Source of the DNA: Candidatus Bathyarchaeota archaeon
GTDB lineage: Archaea > Thermoproteota > Bathyarchaeia > 40CM-2-53-6
Direction: 5' to 3'
Length of the DNA: 64,000 nt
Assembly: GCA_963726255.1 (NCBI GenBank)
Contig: CAVSBL010000002.1
Location: 832,001 to 896,000 of the forward strand
The translations under genes were made by a program, and so were the position numbers. This document shows, one piece after another, positions 39,785 to 49,568 of this stretch; the first letter of the stretch is position 1, and each line of letters opens with the position of its first letter. The notes under the pieces are model-generated. The model searched no databases, was not told the origin of the DNA, and was given only the letters and a program-made list of their open reading frames with translations.

Positions 39785-40237
39785 TCATGCAGTATGAGGT
39801 TTCTGCCGAAGCTGCCGAAGTATGCTCCCCATGTCGAATTCTGCCCATTCCTCAACAATCCTTCCTTCCTCGATACGGGATATATCGATGAACGCAAACT
39901 TCGTTCGTGCTCCTGTGGACGGGATGCTCTGATACTCGCCTGTGTGATCTGCGTACATTTTCACACGACTTGCTACTCTGTCTCCTTCTGCTATCTGATC
40001 CTCAACGGTCGTGCGTATGTTCGAGAAAGCATAGAAGAAGAACATCTCATCATGCTTGCGACCAGTCGAGTCCATTGGCTCACCCCCACCTGGAGGATAA
40101 TATGCGTGCTTTGGGGCTAGGAACGACCAGACTGTATTCGCATCTCCCGAATCGTACGCTTTGAAATACGCTCGGATCAGGGTTTTGTTCTGTTCTCTTC
40201 GATCTCCTTCATCTTTCTGCAACTGTCTTGTCTTCAA
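39785..40237 (-). CDS. SnoaL-like ester cyclase (NTF2 fold)
   Basis: EQNKTLIR, VEDQIAEGDRV, HTGEYQSIPSTG, GRIVEEWAEFD. Confidence 0.9.
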   Translation of the reverse strand: MKTRQLQKDEGDRREQNKTLIRAYFKAYDSGDANTVWSFLAPKHAYYPPGGGEPMDSTGRKHDEMFFFYAFSNIRTTVEDQIAEGDRVASRVKMYADHTGEYQSIPSTGARTKFAFIDISRIEEGRIVEEWAEFDMGSILRQLRQKPHTA

Positions 40238-40310
40238 ATACCTAATCCAACATGAGACCCGTCAAGTTAACAGCTTCAATGCCTGAATTCGATGCCCACA
40301 TACAAGCATT

Positions 40311-40338
40311 TAGTGTGGGTCCAATGGTGCGCGCACAC
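40311..40338 (-). repeat. 28-bp 11-6-11 site S3 (inverted orientation)
   Basis: Minus strand GTGTGCGCGCA-CCATTG-GACCCACACTA. Confidence 0.65.
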
Positions 40339-40480
40339 ACTTCAGAACGGTCCAGAGTGCAACAGGAAAGATTGTATTCGCGCGCTTAGATCAATCCGAC
40401 GAGGCTTTGATTTGGCCAGACATGAATGGCAGAGGAAACGAAAAAGAATAGTAAGCCAGATGGGGCCGTCCGAAATCAAG

Positions 40481-40660
40481 ATGGATCTAAATGAAGCCGC
40501 AAGACGTGCGGAGGCGTTCGCCAAGAGCGAGTCGGATCAGGCAGCGGTCACGGACAAATATGAAGATGCGGACTATTACGTTATCAAAGGCGTTTCCCCA
40601 AGCGGCGAATGGACAGTTATGTTCGATAAGAGAAACGGGAGAAGAGCATTCCCTCCATAA
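40481..40660 (+). CDS. 59-aa hypothetical protein, PepSY-like pattern
   Basis: MDLNEAARRAEAF...YYVI...WTVMFDKRNG. Start uncertain (40460 also possible). Confidence 0.5.
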   Translation: MDLNEAARRAEAFAKSESDQAAVTDKYEDADYYVIKGVSPSGEWTVMFDKRNGRRAFPP

Positions 40661-40722
40661 ATGCGCGATTTTCGTGCATGTCGCACCGACCGGTCGTCCG
40701 CCGTCGTTTTCGTTTGTTTTGT

Positions 40723-40750
40723 GTGTGTGCGCACCACCATGCCACACATA
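40723..40750 (+). repeat. 28-bp 11-6-11 site S4
   Basis: GTGTGTGCGCA-CCACCA-TGCCACACATA. Confidence 0.7.
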
Positions 40751-40971
40751 GAAAGACTGGTCCGCCTAAGTCTAAGTGAGCCTCTCGGCCGTCATGCCTC
40801 CTGACCTTGTAGTCAGTCGTCGGGGACCATCTGCACGGTCGCTGAGCACGATGCAATGCGTAATGCACCCGATGTTGGGTGCAATGCACCCCCTCAAGAT
40901 AGTGCGGACAGGAGCGCGTGTCAGCATTGCCGGCGAATATCGCTCTCTCTCAGAGCATTTCGCCTTGCATG

Positions 40972-42369
40972 CTAGTTGAAGCGTTTGCTCAAGAGCTCTT
41001 CTAGGTTCGGCGACCCCAACTCCTCGAGCTCATATCTAGCGCGAACCGCTGGTTTGTTCAAGTTCATCACTTTCCGCAGGTCAATTGGAGTTCCCACAAC
41101 TACAGCGTCACATGGTGTGGCGTTGATTGTTTCTTGGAGCTCTTTGATCTGGTGTTCACCGTAGCCCAACGCAGGTAGCACATTTGCCAAGTGCGTGAAC
41201 TTCTCGTATGCTTTTTGGATTGAGCCTACGGCAAATGGTCTCGGGTCCACAATTTCACTTGCGCCAAAGGTCTGAGCTGCTATGGTACCCGCTCCATACG
41301 GCATGCCTCCGTGAGTGACCGTTGGGCCGTCTTCGATCACGAGAACGCGTTTACCTTTCACGATTTCAGGGTTATCAAGTGTCACGACCGAAGCCCCCAT
41401 GATTATGGTTGCCTTTGGATTGACTTCTTGGATGTTTTTCCGCACGGTCTCGACATTTTTCGGGTCAGCCGTGTTAACCTTGTTTATGACGACAACATCA
41501 GCCATCCTAATGTTGGCTTCTCCAGGGTGATAGGTAAGCTCATGGTTCGGTCGATAGGGGTCAGCTACGACTATTTGTAGATCTGGTTTGTAGAAGGGTA
41601 GGTCATTGTTGCCGCCGTCCCAAATGATTACGTCTGCTTCCTTCTCGGCTTCGTGTAGAATACGTTCATAATCAACTCCAGCGTAGATCACCATACCTCT
41701 AGCTACGTATGCCTCGTATTCTTCGCGTTCTTCGATTGTACATTGGTACTTGTCAAGGTCTTGGAACGTGCCAAAACGCTCACAAATCTGCTTGGACAAG
41801 TCACCATAAGGCATCGGATGCCTTACAGCGACAACACGGTAGCCTCGATCCTGCAAGATCTTGCAGACTTTGCGGGATGTTTGACTCTTACCACAACCCG
41901 TCCGCACAGCGCAAATCGAAACCACAGGCTTCTTTGACTTGAGCATAGTGTTGGACGCACCCATTAAGCGGAAATCAGGTCCGGCAGCGATGACCGCTGA
42001 ACCCTTGTGCATCACATATTCGTGCGATACATCGCTGTACGCAAAAACTACCTCTCCGACTCCATGTTTTCGAATAATGTCCAGTAATTGGTCTTCAGGG
42101 CGTATTGGAATTCCCTTTGGATATAGTGAGCCTGCCAGTACACGGGGATAAGTACGACTCTCTATTCCTGGAATCTGAGTCGCCGTGAATGCCACAACTT
42201 CATACGCCTTATTGTGGCGGTAGAACACGTTGAAATTATGAAAATCTCTACCCGCGGCACCCATTATGACAACTTTTACAGGAGAATTCTTCGGTGAATT
42301 TCTAATTCTTCTGGATGACTGACGAGTCTTCCGCGCACGATTTGGCTTCTTCATAGACATTCTCAGCAT
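40972..42369 (-). CDS. Cyclic 2,3-diphosphoglycerate synthetase-like P-loop protein (arginine synthetase ArcE-like family)
   Basis: GAAGRDFHNFN, AVRTGCGKSQTSR, RHPMPYG, WDGGNND, EDGPT.THGGM. Confidence 0.8.
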   Translation of the reverse strand: MLRMSMKKPNRARKTRQSSRRIRNSPKNSPVKVVIMGAAGRDFHNFNVFYRHNKAYEVVAFTATQIPGIESRTYPRVLAGSLYPKGIPIRPEDQLLDIIRKHGVGEVVFAYSDVSHEYVMHKGSAVIAAGPDFRLMGASNTMLKSKKPVVSICAVRTGCGKSQTSRKVCKILQDRGYRVVAVRHPMPYGDLSKQICERFGTFQDLDKYQCTIEEREEYEAYVARGMVIYAGVDYERILHEAEKEADVIIWDGGNNDLPFYKPDLQIVVADPYRPNHELTYHPGEANIRMADVVVINKVNTADPKNVETVRKNIQEVNPKATIIMGASVVTLDNPEIVKGKRVLVIEDGPTVTHGGMPYGAGTIAAQTFGASEIVDPRPFAVGSIQKAYEKFTHLANVLPALGYGEHQIKELQETINATPCDAVVVGTPIDLRKVMNLNKPAVRARYELEELGSPNLEELLSKRFN

Positions 42370-42558
42370 TCAGCGAACGGTTCCACTCAATTCGTGTTAC
42401 CTGTTGGGCGGCTAGAAACCGGTATTAGTTATCCTTTTTGTCGGAAAACTACACTTTTGGACGTATTTTGGCTGAAATGGAAGGGCACGCCCAACTTTAA
42501 AGAACAGAAGGCGAAAAGGGATTTTCCACAGATCAATGGTTTTACTGAGGAAAAATTC

Positions 42559-42977
42559 ATGTCTACCAGTTCTTCACCGGCTCCTGAACCTTCTGTTAAA
42601 CCACCGGAGAGCGACGTAAGTCGTTACAAGGTTAGGTTGGTTGTGGAGGATTACGGCGCGGCCGAGGGTGAATTGATTCGATTTCAAAGCCCAATCACTG
42701 TTGACAACTTGGCGAAAGCATTACCGTTCGAAGGTCGCGCGGCAAGGTGGAAGGAAGAAATCTATTTTGAGACTCCTGTGAAGTTGGGGGTTGAGAAACC
42801 AAAGAGCAACGTTGACGTTGGAACTATCGCTTACTGGCCCATGGGCTCGGCGCTGTGCATCTTCTACGGTACAACGCAGCCGTATAGCCCTGTCAATTTA
42901 GTTGGAAAAATCACAAGTAACCTGGAGTTGTTCGCAAAATAAAGAGTGGCACGAAAATACGGGTTGAGAAAGTCTAG
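42559..42977 (+). CDS. Cyclophilin-like fold protein (TM1367/DUF369-like), C-terminal -1 frameshift at 42936-42940
   Basis: LPFEG.A.RWKEEIYF, GTIAYWPMGSALCIFYG.T, SPVN.VGKI. One extra A gives FAKIKSGTKIRVEKV. Confidence 0.8.
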
Positions 42978-43306
42978 GCTGCAGCCAACTTGTAGACTTT
43001 GATCCTCGCATTACCGCCGACAGATTTCACCATTCGGCGACGTTCCAGCTCCTCGAGGATATCCCTGGCAACACTGATCCTGACGTTGAACTGGGAAGCT
43101 ATGGCGTAGGGTGTGAGCGCACCCATCTTAGAGAGTTCACTCGTGAACTTGGCGTCTTCGAAGTTCGGAAGCCCTATTCCTGCGGTCTTCTTCTCGGCAA
43201 CGGTCTTACCCTTCGATTTCTTTGCTGGTTCAGGCTTCTTAGCAGCGTCTTGCTGAACCTGCTGCTTTTCCATTTGTGCTATGCTCTTCTTCTTGGCCCC
43301 ACCCAA
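42974..43306 (-). CDS. rps25e: 30S ribosomal protein S25e
   Basis: TTG start MGGAKKKS; LTPYAIASQFNVRISVARDILEEL; own TTTTTAT TATA. Confidence 0.92.
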   Translation of the reverse strand: MGGAKKKSIAQMEKQQVQQDAAKKPEPAKKSKGKTVAEKKTAGIGLPNFEDAKFTSELSKMGALTPYAIASQFNVRISVARDILEELERRRMVKSVGGNARIKVYKLAAA

Positions 43307-43545
43307 TAGAAACCACTGGTAGCCGGCTACAAATGCAGCTAGATAAAAATCTTGGTCTAGGAGTTGACATATTCCAAGTAATGTGGCCGAGGGAATCGGC
43401 CCATTGAATCCACCGCCGTTCCATGTCCAGAGCGAGTATGGAACATGTTCCAGAATGGCCGATAGCCAGCAGCGTGCTGGCGCATCAAGCACGAGGCTCC
43501 TCCATTGGATAATGGACCGGTGTTAAGCTCGACAGAATAAGGCGA

Positions 43546-44250
43546 TTATTTGGGGAAAATTGGCATGTCCTTCACGTCGACGATTTTTGCGTAGAAGAAT
43601 TTGGCGTCGCTTGTGCTGTTTGAGTATTCAACCTTCTCGCCAGTGGGTTTGACGGCGATATATTTTACGAACCCCTTTTCAGGTGCCTCGTCTTGGGACA
43701 CGTAGAAGAAGACTGGCAGCGCGTCTGCTTCGTAGTAGTGTTCAAAGGGAATGCACGTGCCGATAATATGTTTCTTTCCTCGCATGAAATGCCACAGCGG
43801 GAACAACGTTCCTTCCCTTACTGAGAGCGGGAGCAAGATTCTAGCGATTGACTTGACGCCTTCAACCTCTGCCAGCATAGGGTGCGGCAGCTCTGGTGAT
43901 TCGCCGTCTAAGCTTTTCGCAAACGCTTCTGGCAAGGTTTTCAACTCCACGAACGAGGCGTATCGGAAACGAGTGTCATCCACGTCGTCGGTGAACATCC
44001 ACTCTTCGCCCTTCACTGAGTCGCTTCTGTACGCGAGGAACGCCCTGGGCGGAGTGTCAGAATAAGCGTAGGCAAGTATTGGGATGTCTCCTTCCCAGTA
44101 CATGTAAGCGGTAAACAATCCCAAGACATGCTTTCCTTTATGCTTGAAGTACCATAGGATTTGTGAGCCGTCGGTCAAGGCAAGTGCGAGCCGCACGAAA
44201 GCCTGCATATCTGTAACATGGACAGGGACTGGCGGCTTGATCGACTCCAT
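43546..44250 (-). CDS. Hypothetical protein made of two homologous ~110-aa domains
   Basis: Halves align: LWYF..KGKHVLG / LWHF..GKKHIIG, IPILAY / LPVFFY, GEE / GEK, YASFVEL / YAKIVDV. Confidence 0.75.
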   Translation of the reverse strand: MESIKPPVPVHVTDMQAFVRLALALTDGSQILWYFKHKGKHVLGLFTAYMYWEGDIPILAYAYSDTPPRAFLAYRSDSVKGEEWMFTDDVDDTRFRYASFVELKTLPEAFAKSLDGESPELPHPMLAEVEGVKSIARILLPLSVREGTLFPLWHFMRGKKHIIGTCIPFEHYYEADALPVFFYVSQDEAPEKGFVKYIAVKPTGEKVEYSNSTSDAKFFYAKIVDVKDMPIFPK

Positions 44251-44741
44251 CTAACACACCGTTTCAGCTAGACACAGGGTTAGGAATAATTAAGCTTGCG
44301 AAGGGCCAATTTCAAACGATCGTCCTCTACGATGAGGACAAAATGTCCGAGGACAAGAAGGTCACTGAATCAATCTACCAACTAATCAGCGGCCCAAGGC
44401 TCTAAGCGAACCAAGTAGCTCAAATCCCCAGACCAACAGAACACTCCTCCGGACTTTGCGACACGCGGCCCCGTTACAAAGGCAAGTACCAACTTACCGG
44501 CGAAACGGTGTCATTTCAACCGCCGAAAAGGCATCATCTCGCCCGCGAATAGGCTACATTTCACGTCTGCATCCCCCCTGGTCTGGAGGCGGAGGTTGCT
44601 GCCTCTATCCCCGGGCTTAGTCCATGGTTTATCCTGGGAATACTCGTGGTAATCGGTGCGGAGAAATGCTGCGTCAACGGAGACGAAGGATCAAGCAAGC
44701 GGTGAACGAATTGATTCCAAGAGCTATTGGATGCGAGCCAA

Positions 44742-45488
44742 CTAGCGAAACAGATCGTCTTCCTCGGGTCTGACCAGGTCGCGAGCTGAACCCGTCCCGT
44801 GAACGTAATCGACGCCTTTGATGATTGCGACGGGCACCCCATCGCTCTTTCTCATGGCCAATTCAGCTGCCGAGGCCAATTCGTCGGCTACCGCCATTTG
44901 GGTAACGTTGAGAACGTAGCTGAACATATCTTTGGATCCTCTATAATCGACGATAGGTGGCAACCCATCAACACCAATCGCCACGTTCACTTGGCCAATT
45001 CGCCAGGCGCGGCCGAAAGTGTCTGAGATTATCACACCCACATCGACTCCGGTTAGCTGTCGAATTCGTTGCCTTATTTCGCCAGCTGACTTGTCGGGAT
45101 CCACAGGGAGTACAACGACCGCATCCGGATCTTCGACGTTGGACTTGTCGACGCCAGCGTTTGCACAGACGAACCCGTGTTCAGTCTGTACGATAATGTG
45201 GGGGCCCTGCAACCGCACGATCTTCGTGCTTTCTCTAAGGATGGTTTCAACGTGCCTAGGATCTTTCCCGCTGGCCTTCGAGATTTCCTCAGCCTTTGCG
45301 GAGGGCGTTATCGTCTTCAGGTTGACGACCCGCCCCTCAGCCTTTGACACAATTTTCTGAGCGATCACTACGATGTCATGCTCAGAGATTTGCACGCCTT
45401 CCTCTTTGGCGGCCTTAACAATTTGATCGGCTATGTTATCGCCGCGTTTGATGAGCGGGATTTTCCTAAGCCCGATTATTTGAATCAA
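44742..45488 (-). CDS. cofE: Coenzyme F420-0:L-glutamate ligase
   Basis: QKIVSKAEG, CANAGVDKSN, SDTFGRAWRIG, ADELASAA. Confidence 0.95.
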   Translation of the reverse strand: MIQIIGLRKIPLIKRGDNIADQIVKAAKEEGVQISEHDIVVIAQKIVSKAEGRVVNLKTITPSAKAEEISKASGKDPRHVETILRESTKIVRLQGPHIIVQTEHGFVCANAGVDKSNVEDPDAVVVLPVDPDKSAGEIRQRIRQLTGVDVGVIISDTFGRAWRIGQVNVAIGVDGLPPIVDYRGSKDMFSYVLNVTQMAVADELASAAELAMRKSDGVPVAIIKGVDYVHGTGSARDLVRPEEDDLFR

Positions 45489-45493
45489 GGTGT

Positions 45494-48052
45494 CTACCCG
45501 CCGAAGAAGGATTCCAGTTTTTTCACGCCTGCCAAATCCTCGAATTCTACCCCTAAAGCGTCAAGTACCTGCTCAAACGTGCCGCGTATGTATTCGACGT
45601 ATTTCTCCGAATCGACCTCGTCGAGTCTCGCAAGTTGCACCGGTTTAACTCCGGACTCACCCCGAACTTTCACGAAGGAGATGATGTCACCTGGTTTCAT
45701 TTCAGCCCCGGCTTGCTGTAATTGCCTAGCCGCTTTGACATGCTGCGGGGTGGTTTTGGTGTAATGTTCTGGGGTTCTGCTCATCATCATTGAGAAGGCC
45801 AGCTCATGGAGCGTGTATTCCTTGCTTCGCAGCTTCACGAGGCACCTTTTCACAATTTCAGTGATTTTGGTTTTCGCTATGCCGATGTCTTCTGGGGATT
45901 TGACTTCGCTCAGAGTTGAAACCATTTGGTAGAAAGCGGTATGCAAGAACTCGGGTATGTGCCTCTTTTTCCCAGTCAAACCTTTGATATCCACGCTTCC
46001 ATCAGGGAGCACGCCGAAGTAGTTTTTCTTCCTTGAGCTTAGGGCTAGGTAGCGGTAGTTCTTGTCAATCTCTAACTCCATTCTCAGTTGGTCGCGGGAC
46101 CATTCAATTAGTCTGTTTAGCGCCTTCGTATCTTGGCCTTGTAGGAATATGGAATCTGTATCCCCGTAAAAAACCTCCAAGTCTAATTCCTGAGCCTTCT
46201 GCAATGCTTGGGTTATGACGTGGCGGCCTATTGCTGCTGTAGCCTCGGCGACAGGAGGGCAATACAACGCAAAATTGTCAGCCCCGAACACGCCGTATGA
46301 TGCGTTCAATTCGACTTTCAAAGCGTCAGATACGATTTTGTACCAACTTTGCACGTTTCTTGGTAGGGTACGGTCCTTTGACCTGACTTTGTACCTGCCA
46401 ACTCGAAGATCCCTAAGCGAACCGATCAGTAAGCTCTCGAGCCCCCGTTTCTTCTTGCAAACCCAGTGTGGGGTTCCTGGAACCAGGTTTGTCTTACAAT
46501 CATCATGCGGGCACCGAACAGTCTCATAGCCGAGGTTCCAGACTTTAATGATCGAAGGGTACAGAGACGCAAAGTCGAGGACGGCGACGTTAAAGTGCAC
46601 GCCTGGCTTGGGCTCTACAACGATGGCACCTTTGTACTTCTTGCCTTTAATGACCGCTTCTGTTGTCGTTTGCCCTTTGACCTCAAGAATTTCGTCCCTT
46701 CTGGGTATCAAGTATCCGCGCTTGCGGTGATGGCAGAACATTATGCTTCGAATCCAACCCGAGACGCCCTGCCTCGAGACATCATCCAAAGTCATGTAAC
46801 TGATCCTCGAAATCGCTGTCATCAACTTCAGGACCAAGTCTTCATTGAATGAGGTTAGGTTGAGAACGATTTCGGAGTCACGGTAACAATAGGCCGCCAG
46901 TTGTCTGTAGGATGCTTTCGACACTGATTCTATCTCCACCTTTGGAGTGCCGATCAGCGCTTCACCGACAGCGTCCAACGTGTTCTCGCGGTATTTCTGG
47001 CCGAATGCGTAAATCTGAATGGACCTGTTGAAGAAGAACTTGTAAAGGTCTAAGTGAACCCCATACCTGAGAAATGCAACATCTCGTCCCAACTCAATCG
47101 GAATTTCTTCATTCCTGAAACCCAACCTTTGGGCGCGATGGTAGAGGTACTTGAGGTCGAAATCGTCGCCGTTGAATGTGACTACAATAGGATATTCCAA
47201 GAAGTTTTGGAAAAGGGCTAACAGCAACTCCACTTCAGAATCAAAGAACTCTAGTTTAACAGCTGGAGGCAGCGGAGATTCTCCATCTGATATCCCCTCT
47301 CTGCGAAGTAACAGAACCCGATTCACTCCATCTGACCCCACAAGGCTTGCGCAAATCACCTGTTGTTCCGATAATTCCGGATCGGGGATGCGTGACTCCA
47401 CTGTTTGGTGTACTTCAATGTCGACTGCAACCCTGCGGTACTGCGGCACGGGGCATTCGAGTAGCCTTGTCCATTCCTTGGCGAGCTCTTTGTATTCATC
47501 AGATTCTTCTTGAAACAGTCCTTCAATTTCCTTACTTGCTTGCTCTGGAAGTTCGTACTTGACTGGCGTGAGGCGTTTCTCTTTGAGTTCGTACATCATT
47601 CCGGGTTCGAGGCCGCGGTCGTAGATGTAGTTCTCGACATACTTTATGTCAGCCTCCCAGGCAGTTATCGAGTCTCGGATGGACCCAGTGGGCTTTCCGC
47701 CGATTGTTAGGGGGTCTTTCGCAACGATTTTCGTCACCCTTACCTGTTGGCTTCTGAGTGCATCAAATTTCTCTTCCTCTTCGAAATGGTCGAAGCCTAG
47801 GTTCTTTGCCACTGCATCGACTTTCTGAAGTTCGTTGATCGGTTGCTTGCTGTAACAGTAGGGCTTGTGGCCGGAATCATCGAACCAGAAATAGATCTTA
47901 TGCGACTTTGGCTCGTAAAGGCGCAGGAAACACTTCTTGAGGCCCCCGTCATAACCTATGGAGATTAGGTACGATGGTGGAATTGTCGGAGACGCTGCGG
48001 GAGAGAAAAGCAAGCTCTGCCGGTTCAGAAGCGGCTTCGGTGCTGGATTCAC
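45494..48052 (-). CDS. polB1: Family B DNA polymerase, PolB1 type
   Basis: Exonuclease motifs AVDIEV and FNGDDFD; polymerase motifs DFASLYPS, NASYG, YGDTDS, KKNY; no intein. Confidence 0.95.
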   Translation of the reverse strand: MNPAPKPLLNRQSLLFSPAASPTIPPSYLISIGYDGGLKKCFLRLYEPKSHKIYFWFDDSGHKPYCYSKQPINELQKVDAVAKNLGFDHFEEEEKFDALRSQQVRVTKIVAKDPLTIGGKPTGSIRDSITAWEADIKYVENYIYDRGLEPGMMYELKEKRLTPVKYELPEQASKEIEGLFQEESDEYKELAKEWTRLLECPVPQYRRVAVDIEVHQTVESRIPDPELSEQQVICASLVGSDGVNRVLLLRREGISDGESPLPPAVKLEFFDSEVELLLALFQNFLEYPIVVTFNGDDFDLKYLYHRAQRLGFRNEEIPIELGRDVAFLRYGVHLDLYKFFFNRSIQIYAFGQKYRENTLDAVGEALIGTPKVEIESVSKASYRQLAAYCYRDSEIVLNLTSFNEDLVLKLMTAISRISYMTLDDVSRQGVSGWIRSIMFCHHRKRGYLIPRRDEILEVKGQTTTEAVIKGKKYKGAIVVEPKPGVHFNVAVLDFASLYPSIIKVWNLGYETVRCPHDDCKTNLVPGTPHWVCKKKRGLESLLIGSLRDLRVGRYKVRSKDRTLPRNVQSWYKIVSDALKVELNASYGVFGADNFALYCPPVAEATAAIGRHVITQALQKAQELDLEVFYGDTDSIFLQGQDTKALNRLIEWSRDQLRMELEIDKNYRYLALSSRKKNYFGVLPDGSVDIKGLTGKKRHIPEFLHTAFYQMVSTLSEVKSPEDIGIAKTKITEIVKRCLVKLRSKEYTLHELAFSMMMSRTPEHYTKTTPQHVKAARQLQQAGAEMKPGDIISFVKVRGESGVKPVQLARLDEVDSEKYVEYIRGTFEQVLDALGVEFEDLAGVKKLESFFGG

Positions 48053-48221
48053 TTCAACGGGTTTTTCGATGAAGTAGCTTTCAAGTGTCTTCGCCGTGTG
48101 CAGGCCTCCGGAAAACCGCCTAGGATGCTTACTGTTCCTACTAAATAGTATTGCAATCTTTGCAAACCTCCCTGACAGAGTACTACCGGTGCAGTTATGC
48201 TCGCACTAAATAACTGCGCAG

Positions 48222-49568
48222 ATGAATAGCGCGCAAGGTGCTGGCGTGGCCCTGATGAAAGATTCGCTCGCCGTAGCAATCGAAGCTCTCAGCTGGATGG
48301 CCTACACAGGCCTCGGCGAAAGAACTGCCCTATTCAGAGCCGCTGACCAGATGAAGGTCAAGGACTCGGCTGAACTTCGCCAAGCGCATAGATTGATTAT
48401 GGAAACGACACGATTCCAGAACCGACTTGACTACCTGATTTCACAGGTAGTCTCCAATGAAGAGATTGCGCGCGTTCCTCATGGTATAAGGAGCTTCTTG
48501 AGAATTATTGCTTACCTCAAGTACGTTCAAGGCGCGCGGCAAAACGACCTAGAACGTCAGGTAGGCTTGGCCAGGCAAATCCTAGGTTGGAAGGACTTAC
48601 GCTCATACGAGACACAGCTCGCGATAATTGTCGCCGGGGGAGCAGTTCGGCACCCCGCCTTACCCGAGTCCATAGGACTTTCGCTGGAAACATGCCACCC
48701 ACCCTGGTTTGTCGAGCGGATCGTGAACGTGTTCGGGAGAAGTTTCGGTCTCCGAATCTTGCAAAGAAATTTGGAACCCATGCTTTCGTACTTTCGCCTA
48801 AACTCGCTGAAGCCCGTTGACGAAGCTCGCGCCGGCTTAATGAGCGGAGAGGTAGGAGATTTGGTTAATGGAGTTGATGGAGTTTTCCGCTCTGATAGGA
48901 AAGGCCGACCGTCCCGGCTCGTCGAATCTGGCGCGGTGGTGGTGCAAGATCTTGCGAGCATTACTGCTGGGCTCGTAGCGTCCCCCAAGCCTGGGGATGT
49001 TGTCCTCGACATTTGCGCCGCACCAGGAAACAAAACAACCCACCTTGCTGCCCAGATGCAGAATAGAGGCCAAATCTATTCGGTCGACATTTCCAGTCGC
49101 CGCCTTTCTTATTGGATGAGGGAAATGGCGAGATGCGGCTGCGAAATAGCAGCGCCCATTCGCACCGACGCGAGACGACTCCCCTTCAGGACTGAGGCAA
49201 ACGTCGTCCTCGTCGATCCACCATGCTCAAACAGCGGAGTATTCGCGAGAAGCCCCGGCGGGAAATGGAAACTAACGCCTGCGGGCGTAAATGAGTTCGC
49301 ATTGAGACAATACTCGATACTTCAAGCGGCAGCCGGCTATGTAACGTGGGACGCCCCACTCGTCTATTGCACCTGCAGCATTTTGCCTGAAGAGAACGAA
49401 TTCGTCATCGATAGTTTCCTGAGGAGAAATCCGGACTTCAAATTGATCCCGCAAACCCCATTCTTAGGTTCGCATGGATTGTGGGGGTTCGACCTGTGCC
49501 AGAGGTTCTACCCGCACTTGCATGAATGTAATGGGTACTTTATAGCGAAATTGAAGAGAACGGGTTAG
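48222..49568 (+). CDS. RsmB/NOP2-family RNA m5C methyltransferase
   Basis: DICAAPGNKT, VDPPCS, YCTCS.LPEENE. Confidence 0.92.
   Translation: MNSAQGAGVALMKDSLAVAIEALSWMAYTGLGERTALFRAADQMKVKDSAELRQAHRLIMETTRFQNRLDYLISQVVSNEEIARVPHGIRSFLRIIAYLKYVQGARQNDLERQVGLARQILGWKDLRSYETQLAIIVAGGAVRHPALPESIGLSLETCHPPWFVERIVNVFGRSFGLRILQRNLEPMLSYFRLNSLKPVDEARAGLMSGEVGDLVNGVDGVFRSDRKGRPSRLVESGAVVVQDLASITAGLVASPKPGDVVLDICAAPGNKTTHLAAQMQNRGQIYSVDISSRRLSYWMREMARCGCEIAAPIRTDARRLPFRTEANVVLVDPPCSNSGVFARSPGGKWKLTPAGVNEFALRQYSILQAAAGYVTWDAPLVYCTCSILPEENEFVIDSFLRRNPDFKLIPQTPFLGSHGLWGFDLCQRFYPHLHECNGYFIAKLKRTG

Noticed and set aside
39016-43492. Long N-terminal extensions in the ORF track (39016, 40292, 42394, 43492; likewise 27715, 37379, 63458)
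   Set aside because: They run through repeats or promoters; homology and TATA positions indicate downstream starts.
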